Positions 1 to 11,389 of a stretch of 18,537 nucleotides of DNA are shown one piece after another. Below the pieces are notes generated by a model, which was not told where the DNA came from, ran no database searches, and saw only the letters and a program-made list of their open reading frames with translations. The stretch is from the NCBI GenBank assembly GCA_051294375.1, contig CM119270.1, positions 1,269,971 through 1,288,507 on the forward strand, written 5' to 3'. Each line of letters begins with the position of its first letter. Position 1 is the first letter of the stretch. A program made the position numbers and the translations under genes. The DNA is from Paraspadella gotoi (Eukaryota > Animalia > Chaetognatha).

Positions 1-303
1 TCTCTTTACTTTATCACTTCCTTCCGTTCAGATATATATCAGAATTTTACCGAAAATAATTATTGCTGAAACCTTTGTTAAAAAATTCAAATTTAAAAAG
101 TTTAGAAAATGATTTTTAAAAAGCTCATTAAATCAGCTACCTTTATATTCCATTTTACTTTAGGGTAAGATCAAATTGAGAAGGTGACATATTTGATAGC
201 TCTCACTGTTATCACAAGTTACTCTCACCACACAAAACATTTTTTTCTTTCAAAACGATTTTATTTGGATCCAGAGAATTCTCATTAACTTTCGCGAGGC
301 TCT

Positions 304-304
<1 letters not shown>

Positions 305-360
<56 letters not shown>
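305..360. repeat. (CT)n dinucleotide microsatellite
   Basis: Uninterrupted ctctct run, directly visible. Confidence 0.95.
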
Positions 361-362
<2 letters not shown>

Positions 363-487
363 ATAATGAATTTCTTTCTTTCCGCCTTTTTTTTTCAATT
401 TCTGGCTAAAAACCAAAAAAAAGAAAGAAAAAATTCGCTTCTTTCTGTTTTTACTTTTTCAGTTTCAACGGAAAAAGGAAACGGAAC

Positions 488-590
488 GAAAAAAGAAAGA
501 AAAAAGAGAGAAAGAAAGAAAAAAAGAAAGAAAAAAAGAAAGAAAAAAGAAAGAAAAAAGAAAGAAAGTAAGAGAGAAAGAAGAGAAAAA
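488..590. repeat. A/G-rich low-complexity tract (gaaa/aaag-like)
   Basis: Run of aaagaaag/aaaaaagaa motifs; it explains the K/R/E-rich ORF 366..668 and the F/S-rich antisense ORF. Confidence 0.85.
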
Positions 591-924
591 ATAATTTGCG
601 CGCAGAAAATATCACAGAAAAAAAATGGTCGGAATGAGAAAGTTGAAAGTGATCCAAAAAAAAGTTAGACAACCAGAAATGAGACTTTCTCTTATTCTTT
701 CTTTTTCTTTCTTTCTTTTTACTGCGAAAAATCGATGAATCTTAAACCGAACGAAATCAGTCACCGAAATGTAATGATTATGATTGGACTCAATGACAAT
801 GATAATGGGAATGATAATGTGAACAAGTGAAGCAATTGAAAACTGGTGAGCCAAGGTAAGATATCTTAATTTAAATTTAATATCTGAAAATACTTGACAT
901 TTTCTTTCTTTACTTGGTGGAAGG

Positions 925-1050
925 CAGAGAGAGTAGATTTAGAGAGATAGAGAGAGAGAGAGTGACAGAGAGAGAGAGAGCGAGAGAGAGAGGGAGAGAG
1001 AGAGAGTGAAAGAGAGAGAGTGACAGAATGACAGAGAGAGGGTGAGAGAG
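925..1050. repeat. Imperfect (GA)n microsatellite
   Basis: gagaga runs interrupted by gtgaca/gcga, shortly before the N gap at 1084..1383. Confidence 0.9.
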
Positions 1051-1507
1051 GCAAGCCCACCAAGATTTCCAATTTTGTCAAAGNNNNNNNNNNNNNNNNN
1101 NNNNNNNNNNNNNNNNNNNNNNNNNNNNNNNNNNNNNNNNNNNNNNNNNNNNNNNNNNNNNNNNNNNNNNNNNNNNNNNNNNNNNNNNNNNNNNNNNNNN
1201 NNNNNNNNNNNNNNNNNNNNNNNNNNNNNNNNNNNNNNNNNNNNNNNNNNNNNNNNNNNNNNNNNNNNNNNNNNNNNNNNNNNNNNNNNNNNNNNNNNNN
1301 NNNNNNNNNNNNNNNNNNNNNNNNNNNNNNNNNNNNNNNNNNNNNNNNNNNNNNNNNNNNNNNNNNNNNNNNNNNNNNNNNNNGAGAGAGAGATGAAAAC
1401 CCATTCAGCTTTTAACACATAATAGATAATCGACTAAGGACCAAAGTTTATTTTGAGATTAACATTCCATTTCGCATCCACGAAAAAAAATATCTTACTG
1501 TGCATTT

Positions 1508-1637
1508 AATCAATCAGCTTGGATGGTTTTAACCAATCAGCTTGGATGGTTTTAACCAATCAGCTTGGAAGCTTTTAATCAATCAGCTTGGATGGTTAAA
1601 ACCAATCAGCTTGGATGGTTTTAACCAATCAGCTTGA
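1508..1637. repeat. 23-bp minisatellite, ~5.6 copies (aaccaatcagcttggatggtttt)
   Basis: Copies start at 1508, 1531, 1554, 1577, 1600 and 1623, head-to-tail with no spacers. Confidence 0.95.
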
Positions 1638-2062
1638 ATAGGTTTATGCTAATGCGACTATTTTGCTAGTTAAAAATTAAATTTACTTCATATTCAACTT
1701 ATCATATCGCTCTCTGTTCTGGCATCTCGCTCTCTGTTCTTGTATTTATTCCCCTGTGACACCATCTCGCCCGTACCTTTCANNNNNNNNNNNNNNNNNN
1801 NNNNNNNNNNNNNNNNNNNNNNNNNNNNNNNNNNNNNNNNNNNNNNNNNNNNNNNNNNNNNNNNNNNNNNNNNNNNNNNNNNNNNNNNNNNNNNNNNNNN
1901 NNNNNNNNNNNNNNNNNNNNNNNNNNNNNNNNNNNCTCCATCGCGCTGCCAAATTTTCACCCGGTGGAGGAGGATCTTAATTAGTGAACAGAATTTCATT
2001 CCTCTTTTTCTTCTTTTTCTTTCTTTTTCAATTAAAATCGCGGGTTAGAATTCCATCTCTGA

Positions 2063-2148
2063 CAGATGCCACCGACCACGTCAGATGCCACCGACCACGT
2101 CAGATACCACCGACCAAGACAGATGCCACCGACCAAGACAGATGCCAC
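2063..2148. repeat. 19-bp minisatellite, ~4.5 copies (cagatgccaccgaccacgt/aga)
   Basis: Copies start at 2063, 2082, 2101, 2120 and 2139; the first two end in cgt, the next two in aga. Confidence 0.93.
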
Positions 2149-2973
2149 TGTCAGGCGATGGCAGGCGATGTGGTCTTGCTTCGTGCTGCGTCGTGCGGCG
2201 TCATAAGCTTGAAATCGAAAGTTGCTCCGGTAGGGAGTCACTGATTTTTGGTTTTAGTTTTATGAATATTAATAAATATTAATAAATTTTCGTGTCGCTC
2301 AAAATCGTTAATCCTTTTTTTTCTCATCGCAACAGTGAGACGTGTGTGATGCCCGAGGCGTGAGGCATCTCCCGACAGGTTGCGCTGAGGGCTTTGGACC
2401 TGCATTGGACGTTGGACGATCCATTCTTTCACCGTCACACTTCACCAGCGTGATCGTGTGGGGATTGAACCCGGTACTTGTCGGTAAGAAACTTTAGTGA
2501 ATATTAATAATCGAACTTTTATTCTTTTGAATTTTTATTCATTGACAAATAAAACTTTTCACTCCGGGTCTATTCTTTGATTGATATTAATTATTAATTA
2601 TTAATTATCATGAGTTATTGATGATTATAGGTTTTCTGAGATTCTTTATTGAAGTTGTGTTTCTCTTCTAATCTATAACAGTATAGATTCGCCCCCGAAC
2701 ATATTCACGGTTGGCAAGCGAATTCTTGTCCAAGTTGCACCAGTCTGTATATTGAAGCCGAATTTAGGATCCGCCTTATTCTTTCCCTTTCTCTCGCACA
2801 ATTCGTTCCTTCCCTTACCCTCGTCCGATCGTCTCCCTTTCCTCTCGACTTAAACTTACCCCGTTTCTCTTCAGCCTTCTTAATCTCGGCCTCGGTGCCT
2901 GACCCTCGAGTCAGCGTCGACTTGTCTCACTTACCCTCGATCGATAACCTTACCCTGAGCGAGGGAGGGAGAT

Positions 2974-3172
2974 ACTCACTTCACGAAGTGGTGATCTTTC
3001 AACGAGCTCACTTCATAAAGGGGTCATATCTTAATGAACTCACTTCTTGAAGAGATCATCACTTAAAGTACTCAACTCACATTGAGGTCATCACTTCAAT
3101 ATCTCCCATTAATAATTAAATAAAGATATCATCACTTAAAGACATCACTTCTTAAAAAAGTCATCAGTTAAT
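2974..3172. repeat. Degenerate 32-bp minisatellite (ctcacttc...gtcatcactt...)
   Basis: ctca/ctcc anchors at 2975, 3007, 3039, 3071 and 3103 (32-bp spacing); looser tcatcactt fragments continue to ~3172. Confidence 0.75.
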
Positions 3173-3205
3173 TAATTTTCTTAAACAAGAATCTTACTCC
3201 TCTAC

Positions 3206-3282
3206 GAAATTGGTACAATCAATATAAAATATCCAATCATTTGATAAATAAGCTTTCTTGCTGGACAGACTTTGGTTGTTTA
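3206..3282 (+). repeat. Dispersed ~80-bp repeat, copy A (copy B at 15523..15609)
   Basis: gaaattggtacaatcaatataaaat...ataaataagctttcttgc...tggacagactttggttgttta aligns by eye with 15523..15609, with scattered substitutions and one ~9-bp indel. Confidence 0.85.
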
Positions 3283-3319
3283 TTTCCTTCTTTTTAATTT
3301 CATTCTACTTTAATTTCTT

Positions 3320-3353
<34 letters not shown>

Positions 3354-4370
3354 NNNNNNNNNNNNNNNNNNNNNNNNNNNNNNNNNNNNNNNNNNNNNNN
3401 NNNNNNNNNNNNNNNNNNNNNNNNNNNNNNNNNNNNNNNNNNNNNNNNNNNNNNNNNNNNNNNNNNNNNNNNNNNNNNNNNNNNNNNNNNNNNNNNNNNN
3501 NNNNNNNNNNNNNNNNNNNNNNNNNNNNNNNNNNNNNNNNNNNNNNNNNNNNNNNNNNNNNNNNNNNNNNNNNNNNNNNNNNNNNNNNNNNNNNNNNNNN
3601 NNNNNNNNNNNNNNNNNNNNNNNNNNNNNNNNNNNNNNNNNNNNNNNNNNNNNNNNNNNNNNNNNNNNNNNNNNNNNNNNNNNNNNNNNNNNNNNNNNNN
3701 NNNNNNNNNNNNNNNNNNNNNNNNNNNNNNNNNNNNNNNNNNNNNNNNNNNNNNNNNNNNNNNNNNNNNNNNNNNNNNNNNNNNNNNNNNNNNNNNNNNN
3801 NNNNNNNNNNNNNNNNNNNNNNNNNNNNNNNNNNNNNNNNNNNNNNNNNNNNNNNNNNNNNNNNNNNNNNNNNNNNNNNNNNNNNNNAGGAGGAGGAGGA
3901 AGAACAGGAGGAAGATTAGGGGTAGGAGGAGGAGGAGGAGTAAGAGGAGCAAGATGAGGTGGGGGCAACTGGGCTTCCTTCCTTCCTACTTCTTTCTTTA
4001 TTTCTTTCTTTCTTTTTTCGTTCATCCGATCAGAGATAAAAAAAAATGAGCTAATGAAATAAATGGATCTCCAGTAAAGAATGGTGGTTGGATGTACTAT
4101 TTGGGGTGGTCGGGGTTTAAGGTGGTATTTGGTGGTTTAGAGTGAAGAGTGAGAAAAAGAGGCGGGAGTCGGTTCAGTAGTGAAAGTTGATGAGCGGAAG
4201 ATCCGACATAAAAATAAAACCGTCAGACCACGAAGGTATGGAAATATCAGAACGTTTACAAATACGATAATTAATAAATGTTAAAAGTGTTTTACTTTAA
4301 ATATTATGTCTTACAATTCAAACTCTGTAACCACTGCGGTCTAACCAGTGATCATTTGCCGAATTAGACA

Positions 4371-4425
4371 CAATACAATACAATACAATACAATACAATA
4401 CAATACAATATAATTCAATACAATA
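4371..4425. repeat. (CAATA)n pentanucleotide microsatellite, ~11 units
   Basis: Eight perfect caata units, then taatt caata caata. Confidence 0.95.
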
Positions 4426-4858
4426 GTTTTTCAGAGTACAAATGATTAGCGCAATGGCACGTAAGATTAAGAAGCAAGAGAAGCATTAAATTTATTTTCG
4501 ATAAATAGATATAACAAAATCTCTTGTTAAATTGCAATAAGTTTTAGTAATCGGCGAGCGTTGAGAATTAAATTCCCAATTAAAAGAGAGAGATTTTATC
4601 GCGCGTCGTCGTCAAAAAAAGAGAAAGAATGAAAGATAATAGAAGTAATATAATAAGAAAGACAATAAAGAAAAAAAATGAAAATAAAAAAGATAGAACA
4701 AAGGAGAAGAAAGATAAAAAAAAGAAAGATCGAAGAAAGAAAAAAAAAAGAAAAATTATTCAAACGTTTCTTATTTCGCAAGATTCAAACCTTTGACTGA
4801 GCAGGATCTCGATGATAAAGGTTTGCTGAGAGAGCGAAGAGAGAGAAGAGAGAAGAGC

Positions 4859-4890
<32 letters not shown>

Positions 4891-4950
4891 GAGAAAGAAG
4901 GAGAATGAAGAAGAATAGTGTGGGAGGAGAGTGAGGAAGAGAGTGCAGAC

Positions 4951-4975
4951 NNNNNNNNNNNNNNNNNNNNNNNNN
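4951..4975. other. 25-N assembly gap (matching 25-N gap at 12791..12815)
   Basis: Counted directly. Other gaps: 1084..1383, 1783..1935, 3354..3887, 17002..17502, 17745..17754, 18126..18444. Confidence 0.95.
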
Positions 4976-5199
4976 GATTAAAAAGCTAGACTTCATAAAC
5001 TGCTCTATTCTTCAGTTCATAAATATTTGTCTTCTCTTTCTTCTTTTCTTTCTTTCTTTCTTCTTTCTTTCTCTTTCTTTCTTATCTTCTTTCTTTCTTT
5101 CTTTCTTTCTTTCTCACCTTTCTCACTTTCTCTTTCGATACACGAATAAATCCCTTTTGTACGCCGTCAACTAATTCACGTCTGATCCGACGCCAGTAA

Positions 5200-8100
5200 G
5201 ATTCGTCAACATCGCGTCGTCCATCTCTCGTCGTCGTCAATCTATGTCTACGTTTTCGTCGTCCTCATTATACGTCTGTCCATCATCCGATGTCATCTTC
5301 CGCCATCTTCGTCTTCTTCTATCTTCGTCGTCATCGCGTTGTCAATCGGTCGTCTACGTCCTCGTCGTCTGCGGCATCCCATGTCATCGTGTCGTCGTCT
5401 TTCAGTATCGTCGGTGTCGATCATCGGATGTCATCTTCGTCATCTTATGTCTTCTTCATCTTTCGTCTCATTCGTCTTGTATCGTCCGTCCCATCCTATG
5501 TCATCGTTGTCAGTCTTCTTCGTTATTCGTCCTTCGTCCACAGCAATGTCATCCCTTCGTCATCTTCGCTTCTTCATCCTCCCGATGTCATCGTCGTTGT
5601 CATCGTCGTCTACTCGTCGTCCCTGGCATCTATTCAATCGTTGCTCGTCTCTGTCGTTCATTATTCGTACTTCGTCATCATCAAATCCGCTCATCTTCGT
5701 CATCTTCGTCTTCTCACTCCTTCGTCGTCATCGTCGTTGTCATCGTCGTCTACGTCCGTCGTGCGTCCTCAGTCTATGTCCATCGTTGGTCGTCCCGTCG
5801 TCCCATCATCCAATGTCAATTCTTCGTCATTCTTCTTCTCTTCTTCATCTTCGTCAGTCAATTCGTCGTTGTCATCTGTCGTTCTACGTCGTTCGTCCGT
5901 CGTCATCTATGTCATCGTTGTCGTCCGTCCTTGCATTCTCCTCGTCCACATCAAATGTCCATCTTCGTATCCTTTCATCTTCTCTCATCTCGTCGGTCAT
6001 CGTCTGTGTCAATCGCTTCTCTACGTCGGCGTCGTTCGTCATCTATGTCATCGTTGTCGTCCGTTGCATCATCAACTGCATCTTCTCATCTTCGTCTTCT
6101 TCATCTTCGTCCGTCATCTCGTTGTCATCGTGTCACGGTCGTCGTCCGTCGTCATCTATTGTCATCGTTGTCGTCGTCTCATCATCGTCGTCGTCATCAT
6201 CAAATGTCATCTTCGTCATCGTCTCTTCTTCATCTTCGTCAGCATCGTCGTTTTCAGCGTCGTCTTAGTCGTCGTCGTCGTCATCTATGTCATCGTTGTC
6301 GTCGTCTTCCATTATCGTCGTCGTCATCATCCCAATGTCCGCCCCCAAGTCTCGTCATCTTTGTCTCTCATCTTCCGTCTCGTCATCGTCGTTGGTCATC
6401 GTCGCTCTACGTCTCGTCCGTCGTCGCATCCTATCATCGTTGTCGTCGTCTTCATATCGTCGTCTCATCATCAATGTCATCGTTCGTTCATTCTTCATCT
6501 TCTTCATCTCCGCGTCATCGTCGTTGTCATCGCGTCGTCATCGTCGTCAGTCGCTTCGTCGTCATCAACTGTCATCGTTCCGTCGTCTTTCATTATCGTC
6601 GTTTCATCACGATTCATCTTCGTCACTTGCGTCTTCTTCATCTTCGTCTCATCGTCGTTGTCATCTCTCTCGTACGCTCGTCGTCGTCTCATCCTATGTC
6701 ATCTGTGTCGTCGTGTCCCATCAGCAATAGTTCATCTTCTCACTTCGTCTCTTCATCTTCGTCGTCATCGTCGCTGTGCATCGTCTGTCTACGTTCGTCG
6801 TCGTCGTCCGATCTATGTCATCGTTGTCTTCGTTCTTCGCATATAATCGTGCGTCGTTCATCATCCGAACGTCATCTCCGTCCGACTTCGTCTTCTTCAT
6901 TCGTCGTCACGCGTTCATCGTCGTCGTACCAGTCGTCGTCGTCTCACCTATGTCATCCGTTGTCGTCGTCTCATTATCGTCGTCTCATCATCAAGTGTGC
7001 CATCTTCGTCATCTTCGTCTTCTCATCTTCGTCTCATCGTCGTTTCAATCGTCGTCTACGGTTCGTCCGTCGTCTCATCTATTGAGTCATCGTTTCATCG
7101 TCTTCCATATCGTCGGGTCGTCATCATCAATGCTCATCTCGTCATCTTCATCTCTCATACCTTCGTTACTCAGCTCGGGCGTTGTCTCTGTCGGTCTACG
7201 TCTCCGTCGTCTCAATCTATGTCATCCGTTGTCGTCTTGTCAACATCCAATTCATCTTCTCATCTTCGTTCTTCTATCTCTTTCGTCGTCATCGCTCGTA
7301 TGTACATCGCGTCCTTACTCGTCGTCGTCGTTCATCTGATGTCATCGTTGTCGGTCGATCTTCATTATCCGTCTCGTCATCATCAACGTCATCTTCGTCA
7401 TCTCTCATTCTTCATCTTCGTCCGTCATCTTCGTTGTCTATCGTCGTCCTAACTCTCGCGTCGTCTCGACCGTCATCTATGCATCGTTGTCGTCCGTCTT
7501 CCATTATCGTTCGTCCCGCCATGCATCATCTGTCATCCTTCGTCATTCTCGTCTTCTTCATCTTGAACCCCCGTCGTCATCGTCGTTGTCATCGTCGTTT
7601 CTACCGATCGTCGCTCGTCGTCATCTATGTACATCGTTGTCGTGCGCCTCATTATCCCGTCGTCGTCCATCATTCCAGTCCAATCTTCTCACTCTTCACT
7701 TCTTCACTTCCTTCCCGTCTGTTCATCTGTCTTGGCATCGTCGTCTACGTCGTGCTGCCGTCGTCATCCTTATTCATCCGTTTGTCGTCCTCTTCATCAT
7801 CAATCTGTCCATCCTTCCGCGTACATCTTCCGTCTTCATTCATCTTCGTCTCACTCGTCGTTGTCCATCGTCGTATCCTACTCGTCGTCGTCGTCATCTA
7901 TTTCATCGTTGTCGTCGTCATTCATTATCGTCGTCGTCATCATCAATTCATCTTCGTCATCTTCGTCTCCTCATCTTCATCGTCATCGTCGTTGTCATCG
8001 CTCGTCTATCCGCTCGCTCTCTCTGTCACTCTATGTCATCGTTGTCGTCGTCTTCATTATCGTCTGGTCGTCATCATCAATGTCATCTTCGCTCGATCTT

Positions 8101-10689
8101 ACGTCTTCTTTCATCTTCCGTCGTCATCGTCGTTGTCATCGTCGTCTACGCGTCGTCGTCATCTAATAGTCATCCTGTCGCGTTCTCATTATCGTTCGTC
8201 GTCATCCATCAATGTCATCTTCTCATCCTATCTTCTCATCTTCTCGTACATCGTCGTCGTCCATCGGCGCTCTACGTCGTCGTTCGTCGCTCTATGTCAT
8301 CGTTGTCGTCGTCGTCCATCCATCAATGTCATTCTACTTCATTCGGTCTTCTTCATCTCGTCTCGAATCCGTCCGTTGTCATCTGTCGTCTAACGTCGTT
8401 CACGTCGTCTTCATCCTTATTCATCGTTGTCTCGTCTTTCATTAATCGTCGTCGTCATCATCAATGTCATCTTCGTTCATCTTCGGTCTTCTTCATCCTT
8501 CGTCGTCATCGTCCGGTTGTCTCGTCGTCTAGCGTCGTCCGTCTCGTCATCTTATGTCATCGTTGTCGTCGTCTTCCACCCCTCGTCCGTCATCATCAAT
8601 GTCATCTTCTCATCTCGTCTTCTTTCATCTCGTCGTCATCGTCGTGTCATCGTTACGTCTACGGCGTCGTCCGTCGTCATTCTATGCACGTTTGTCGTCG
8701 GTTTCGTAAGCACTCGCGTCGTCTCCGTCAAATCATCAAGTCCATTCCTTCTGTCATCCTTCATCCTTCTTTCATCCTTCATCTCATCCCTCCAACCCCT
8801 CACATCCTGTTCGTCATCGTCGTCTACGTCAGTCTTCCTCATCCTCCGTCGTCGTGCCATCTATTCCCATCGTTTCGCTCGTCCGTCCCGTCACATCACA
8901 TGTATCTTCTCTCCATCTCGTCTTCTTCCATCTCTCACCGTCGATCCGTCTCTTCATCGTCGTCCATCACGTCTCCCATCTTCCGTATTCATCACTGTCC
9001 ATCATCTTGTCGTCGTCTCTTCATCTCATCGTCATCTCGCCTATCATCTCAATTACCACTTCGTCCTTCATCTTCTTCCATCTCTTCGTCCGTCATCGTC
9101 CTGTGTTCATTCCGTCGCTCCTACGCGTCCTCGTCCACTAATCTCCTCACCTCGGTCTCGCTCTTCATTATCGCTCGATCGTCTATCATCTAAGTCATCT
9201 TCTCATTCTTCTGTCGTCTCAATCTTCGTCCGTCATCGTCTTTGTCATCGTCGTCTACGCGTCTCGTCGTCATCTAGTCATCGTTGTCGTCGTCGTTCGA
9301 TATCGTCGTCGTCATCATCAATGTCATCTTCGTCATTGTCATCTCTTCGATCTTCCTCGTCAGTCGTCGTTGTCATCGTCGTCTACGTCGTTCGTCGTCG
9401 TCATCCTATTCGATCCGTTGTCCTGTCGTCCGTCATCATCAATGTCATATCTTCGTCATCTTCGTCTTCTCCTTCATCTTCGTCGTCCATCGTCCGTTTG
9501 TCACATCGTCGCTCTCACTCGTCCGTCGTCGTCCACATCCTAATGTCATCGTTGTCGTCGACTCCTTCATCTATCGTCGTCCGTCATCCATCCAATTCAT
9601 CTTCGTCATCTTCGTCTTCCCTTCCAGTCCTTTCGTCGTCATCGTCGTGCCGTCGCATGTCGCTCGTCTACCCTCGTCGTCCGTCGTCCATCTATTGTCC
9701 ATCACGTTGTTCGTTCTCTTCGATCTATGCGTCTCGTACCATCATTACCACATGTCCACTCTCGTCCATCAACTCGCGTCTTCTCTCCCATCTTCCTCCG
9801 TTCATCGTCCCTCGTCCATCGTCGCTACTACCGTCGTCTCGCTCGTCATCCTACTGTCACTGTCTTCGTCGTCTTCATTATCGTCGTCGTCATCAATCAA
9901 TGTCATCTTCGTCATCTTCGATTTCTTTCATCTTCGTCCCCTCATCGTCGTTGTCATCGTCGGTCCTAACGTCCGTCGTCGTCATCTATGTCATCGTTTG
10001 CGTCGCCGTCGGATCATCAATGTCATCTTCGTCATCTTCGTCTCTTCAATCTTCGTCGTCATCGTCGTTGTTCATCGTCGTCTTACTCACGTTCGTCGTC
10101 GTCATCTATGTCATCGTGTCGTCGTCTTCATTAATCTGTCTCGTCATCCGACAATGTCACTCTTCATCACTTCGTCTCTTCAGTCTTCGTCGTCATCGTG
10201 TGTCATCGTCGGTCTACTTTCGTCGTCGTAAGGTTTCATCTATGATCATGCGTGTCTCGTCTTCATTGATCGTCGTCGTTCATCAATCCAATGTCATCTT
10301 CGTCATCTCTTTCTTCTTCATCTTCGTCCGTCATCGTCTTGTCATCGTCGTCTACGTCGTCGTCGTCGTCAATCTATGTCATCGTTCGTCTCTCATTAAT
10401 CGTCGTCTGTCATCATTCCCAAGTCATCTCGTCATCTTCGTCTTCTCATCTTCGTCGTCATCGTCCTTCGTCATCGTCGTCTACGTCGTCGTCGTGCGTC
10501 CACTCTCAGTCATCGTTGTCGTCTCTTCATTAATTCTGTCGTCTCGTCATCATGCAAGGTCAATCTTCGGTCATCTTCGTCTTCTTCATCTTCGTTCGGT
10601 CGATTCTCCCTGGTTGTCGATCGTCGTCTACGTCGTCCGTCGTCGTACGATCCTATGTCATCGTTTCCGTCTTCTATTCATTATCCGTC

Positions 10690-10690
<1 letters not shown>
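5200..10690. repeat. Large tandem array, ~126-bp unit, roughly 40 copies, built from TCN / (minus) GAN triplets
   Basis: Landmarks catcaatgtcatcttcg, gttgtcatcgtcgtctacg, catctatgtcatcgttg and cttcattatcg recur in fixed order. catcaat anchors at 7941, 8075, 8207, 8321, 8459 and 8594 give a period of ~115-140 bp, with many 1-bp indels. Confidence 0.92.

Positions 10691-10691
<1 letters not shown>

Positions 10692-10720
<29 letters not shown>
10692..10720. repeat. (GA)n microsatellite abutting the right end of the array
   Basis: Directly visible. Confidence 0.9.
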
Positions 10721-10723
<3 letters not shown>

Positions 10724-11389
10724 GAGAAAAAGAGTTTCATTTAAAAATACTGACGTTGGCTGCCAACAATTTTTGCGAGCGAGACCTCGGTTTTAATATC
10801 AAAATAAAAAATAATCAAAAATAGCGAAGACTATGTCTCGGAAAGTTATGAATAAAATAGACAAAGATATATAAATGAACTTTACATATGAAACAATATT
10901 TCGTAGTAAAATGTTTTCAAGTTTCTTTCTTTACAATCGAAATTTTTCCGGTTACAAAGCAAAATCTTTCTTCGGCAATATCGGCCGGACAGAGGTGCCG
11001 TACAGAGGGGTCGTACCGATAGGACGTACATACGGGCACCTCATATGGGTGGTAAAAGATTAGAAGCTAAAAAAATCAACAATTAAAAGTTTAAAACAGA
11101 AAAATGGATTCAATAGTTAAGAAGATTAATTTCTGACAGTCAGAGGTTTATATACTAATTGTGCATAAACTTGTTTATTTTTTATGAGATTTAAAAAAAC
11201 TAAACAATAAATTGAAAAAACCAGTTTATTGCAAGCAATTCAGAAACGGGCGAATAAATTCTAATCGTTTTATTTGAATTCATAAAATTTAATTTATATA
11301 ATTTTTTTTTGCCTCACGACGGGAAATCGAGAGTCCAAGTTTTGGTCTTTGCCAAAACAGAATCTTCGAGAGAGAGAGAGAGGGAGAGA

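Noticed and set aside
1508-1637. CRISPR-like appearance of the 23-bp quasi-palindromic repeats
   Set aside because: No unique spacers, no cas genes, eukaryotic context.
2461-2474. tRNA/SINE B-box-like motif on the minus strand (ccgggttcaatccc)
   Set aside because: No A-box at a suitable distance and no cloverleaf; at most a decayed SINE fragment.
939-4049. ORFs spanning N gaps or made of (GA)n/(CT)n/(GGA)n, here and at 11289..13774 and 16903..18508
   Set aside because: Artefacts of unknown bases and microsatellites (ERER, SLSL, poly-X).
5244-10796. Long + strand ORFs (613, 518, 403, 568, 789 aa) rich in S/V/R/H
   Set aside because: The C/T-rich TCN repeat almost never forms TAA/TAG/TGA, so all three + frames stay open. 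The translations switch among Ser-, Val/Ile- and Arg/His-rich registers at each indel, with no recognisable domain.
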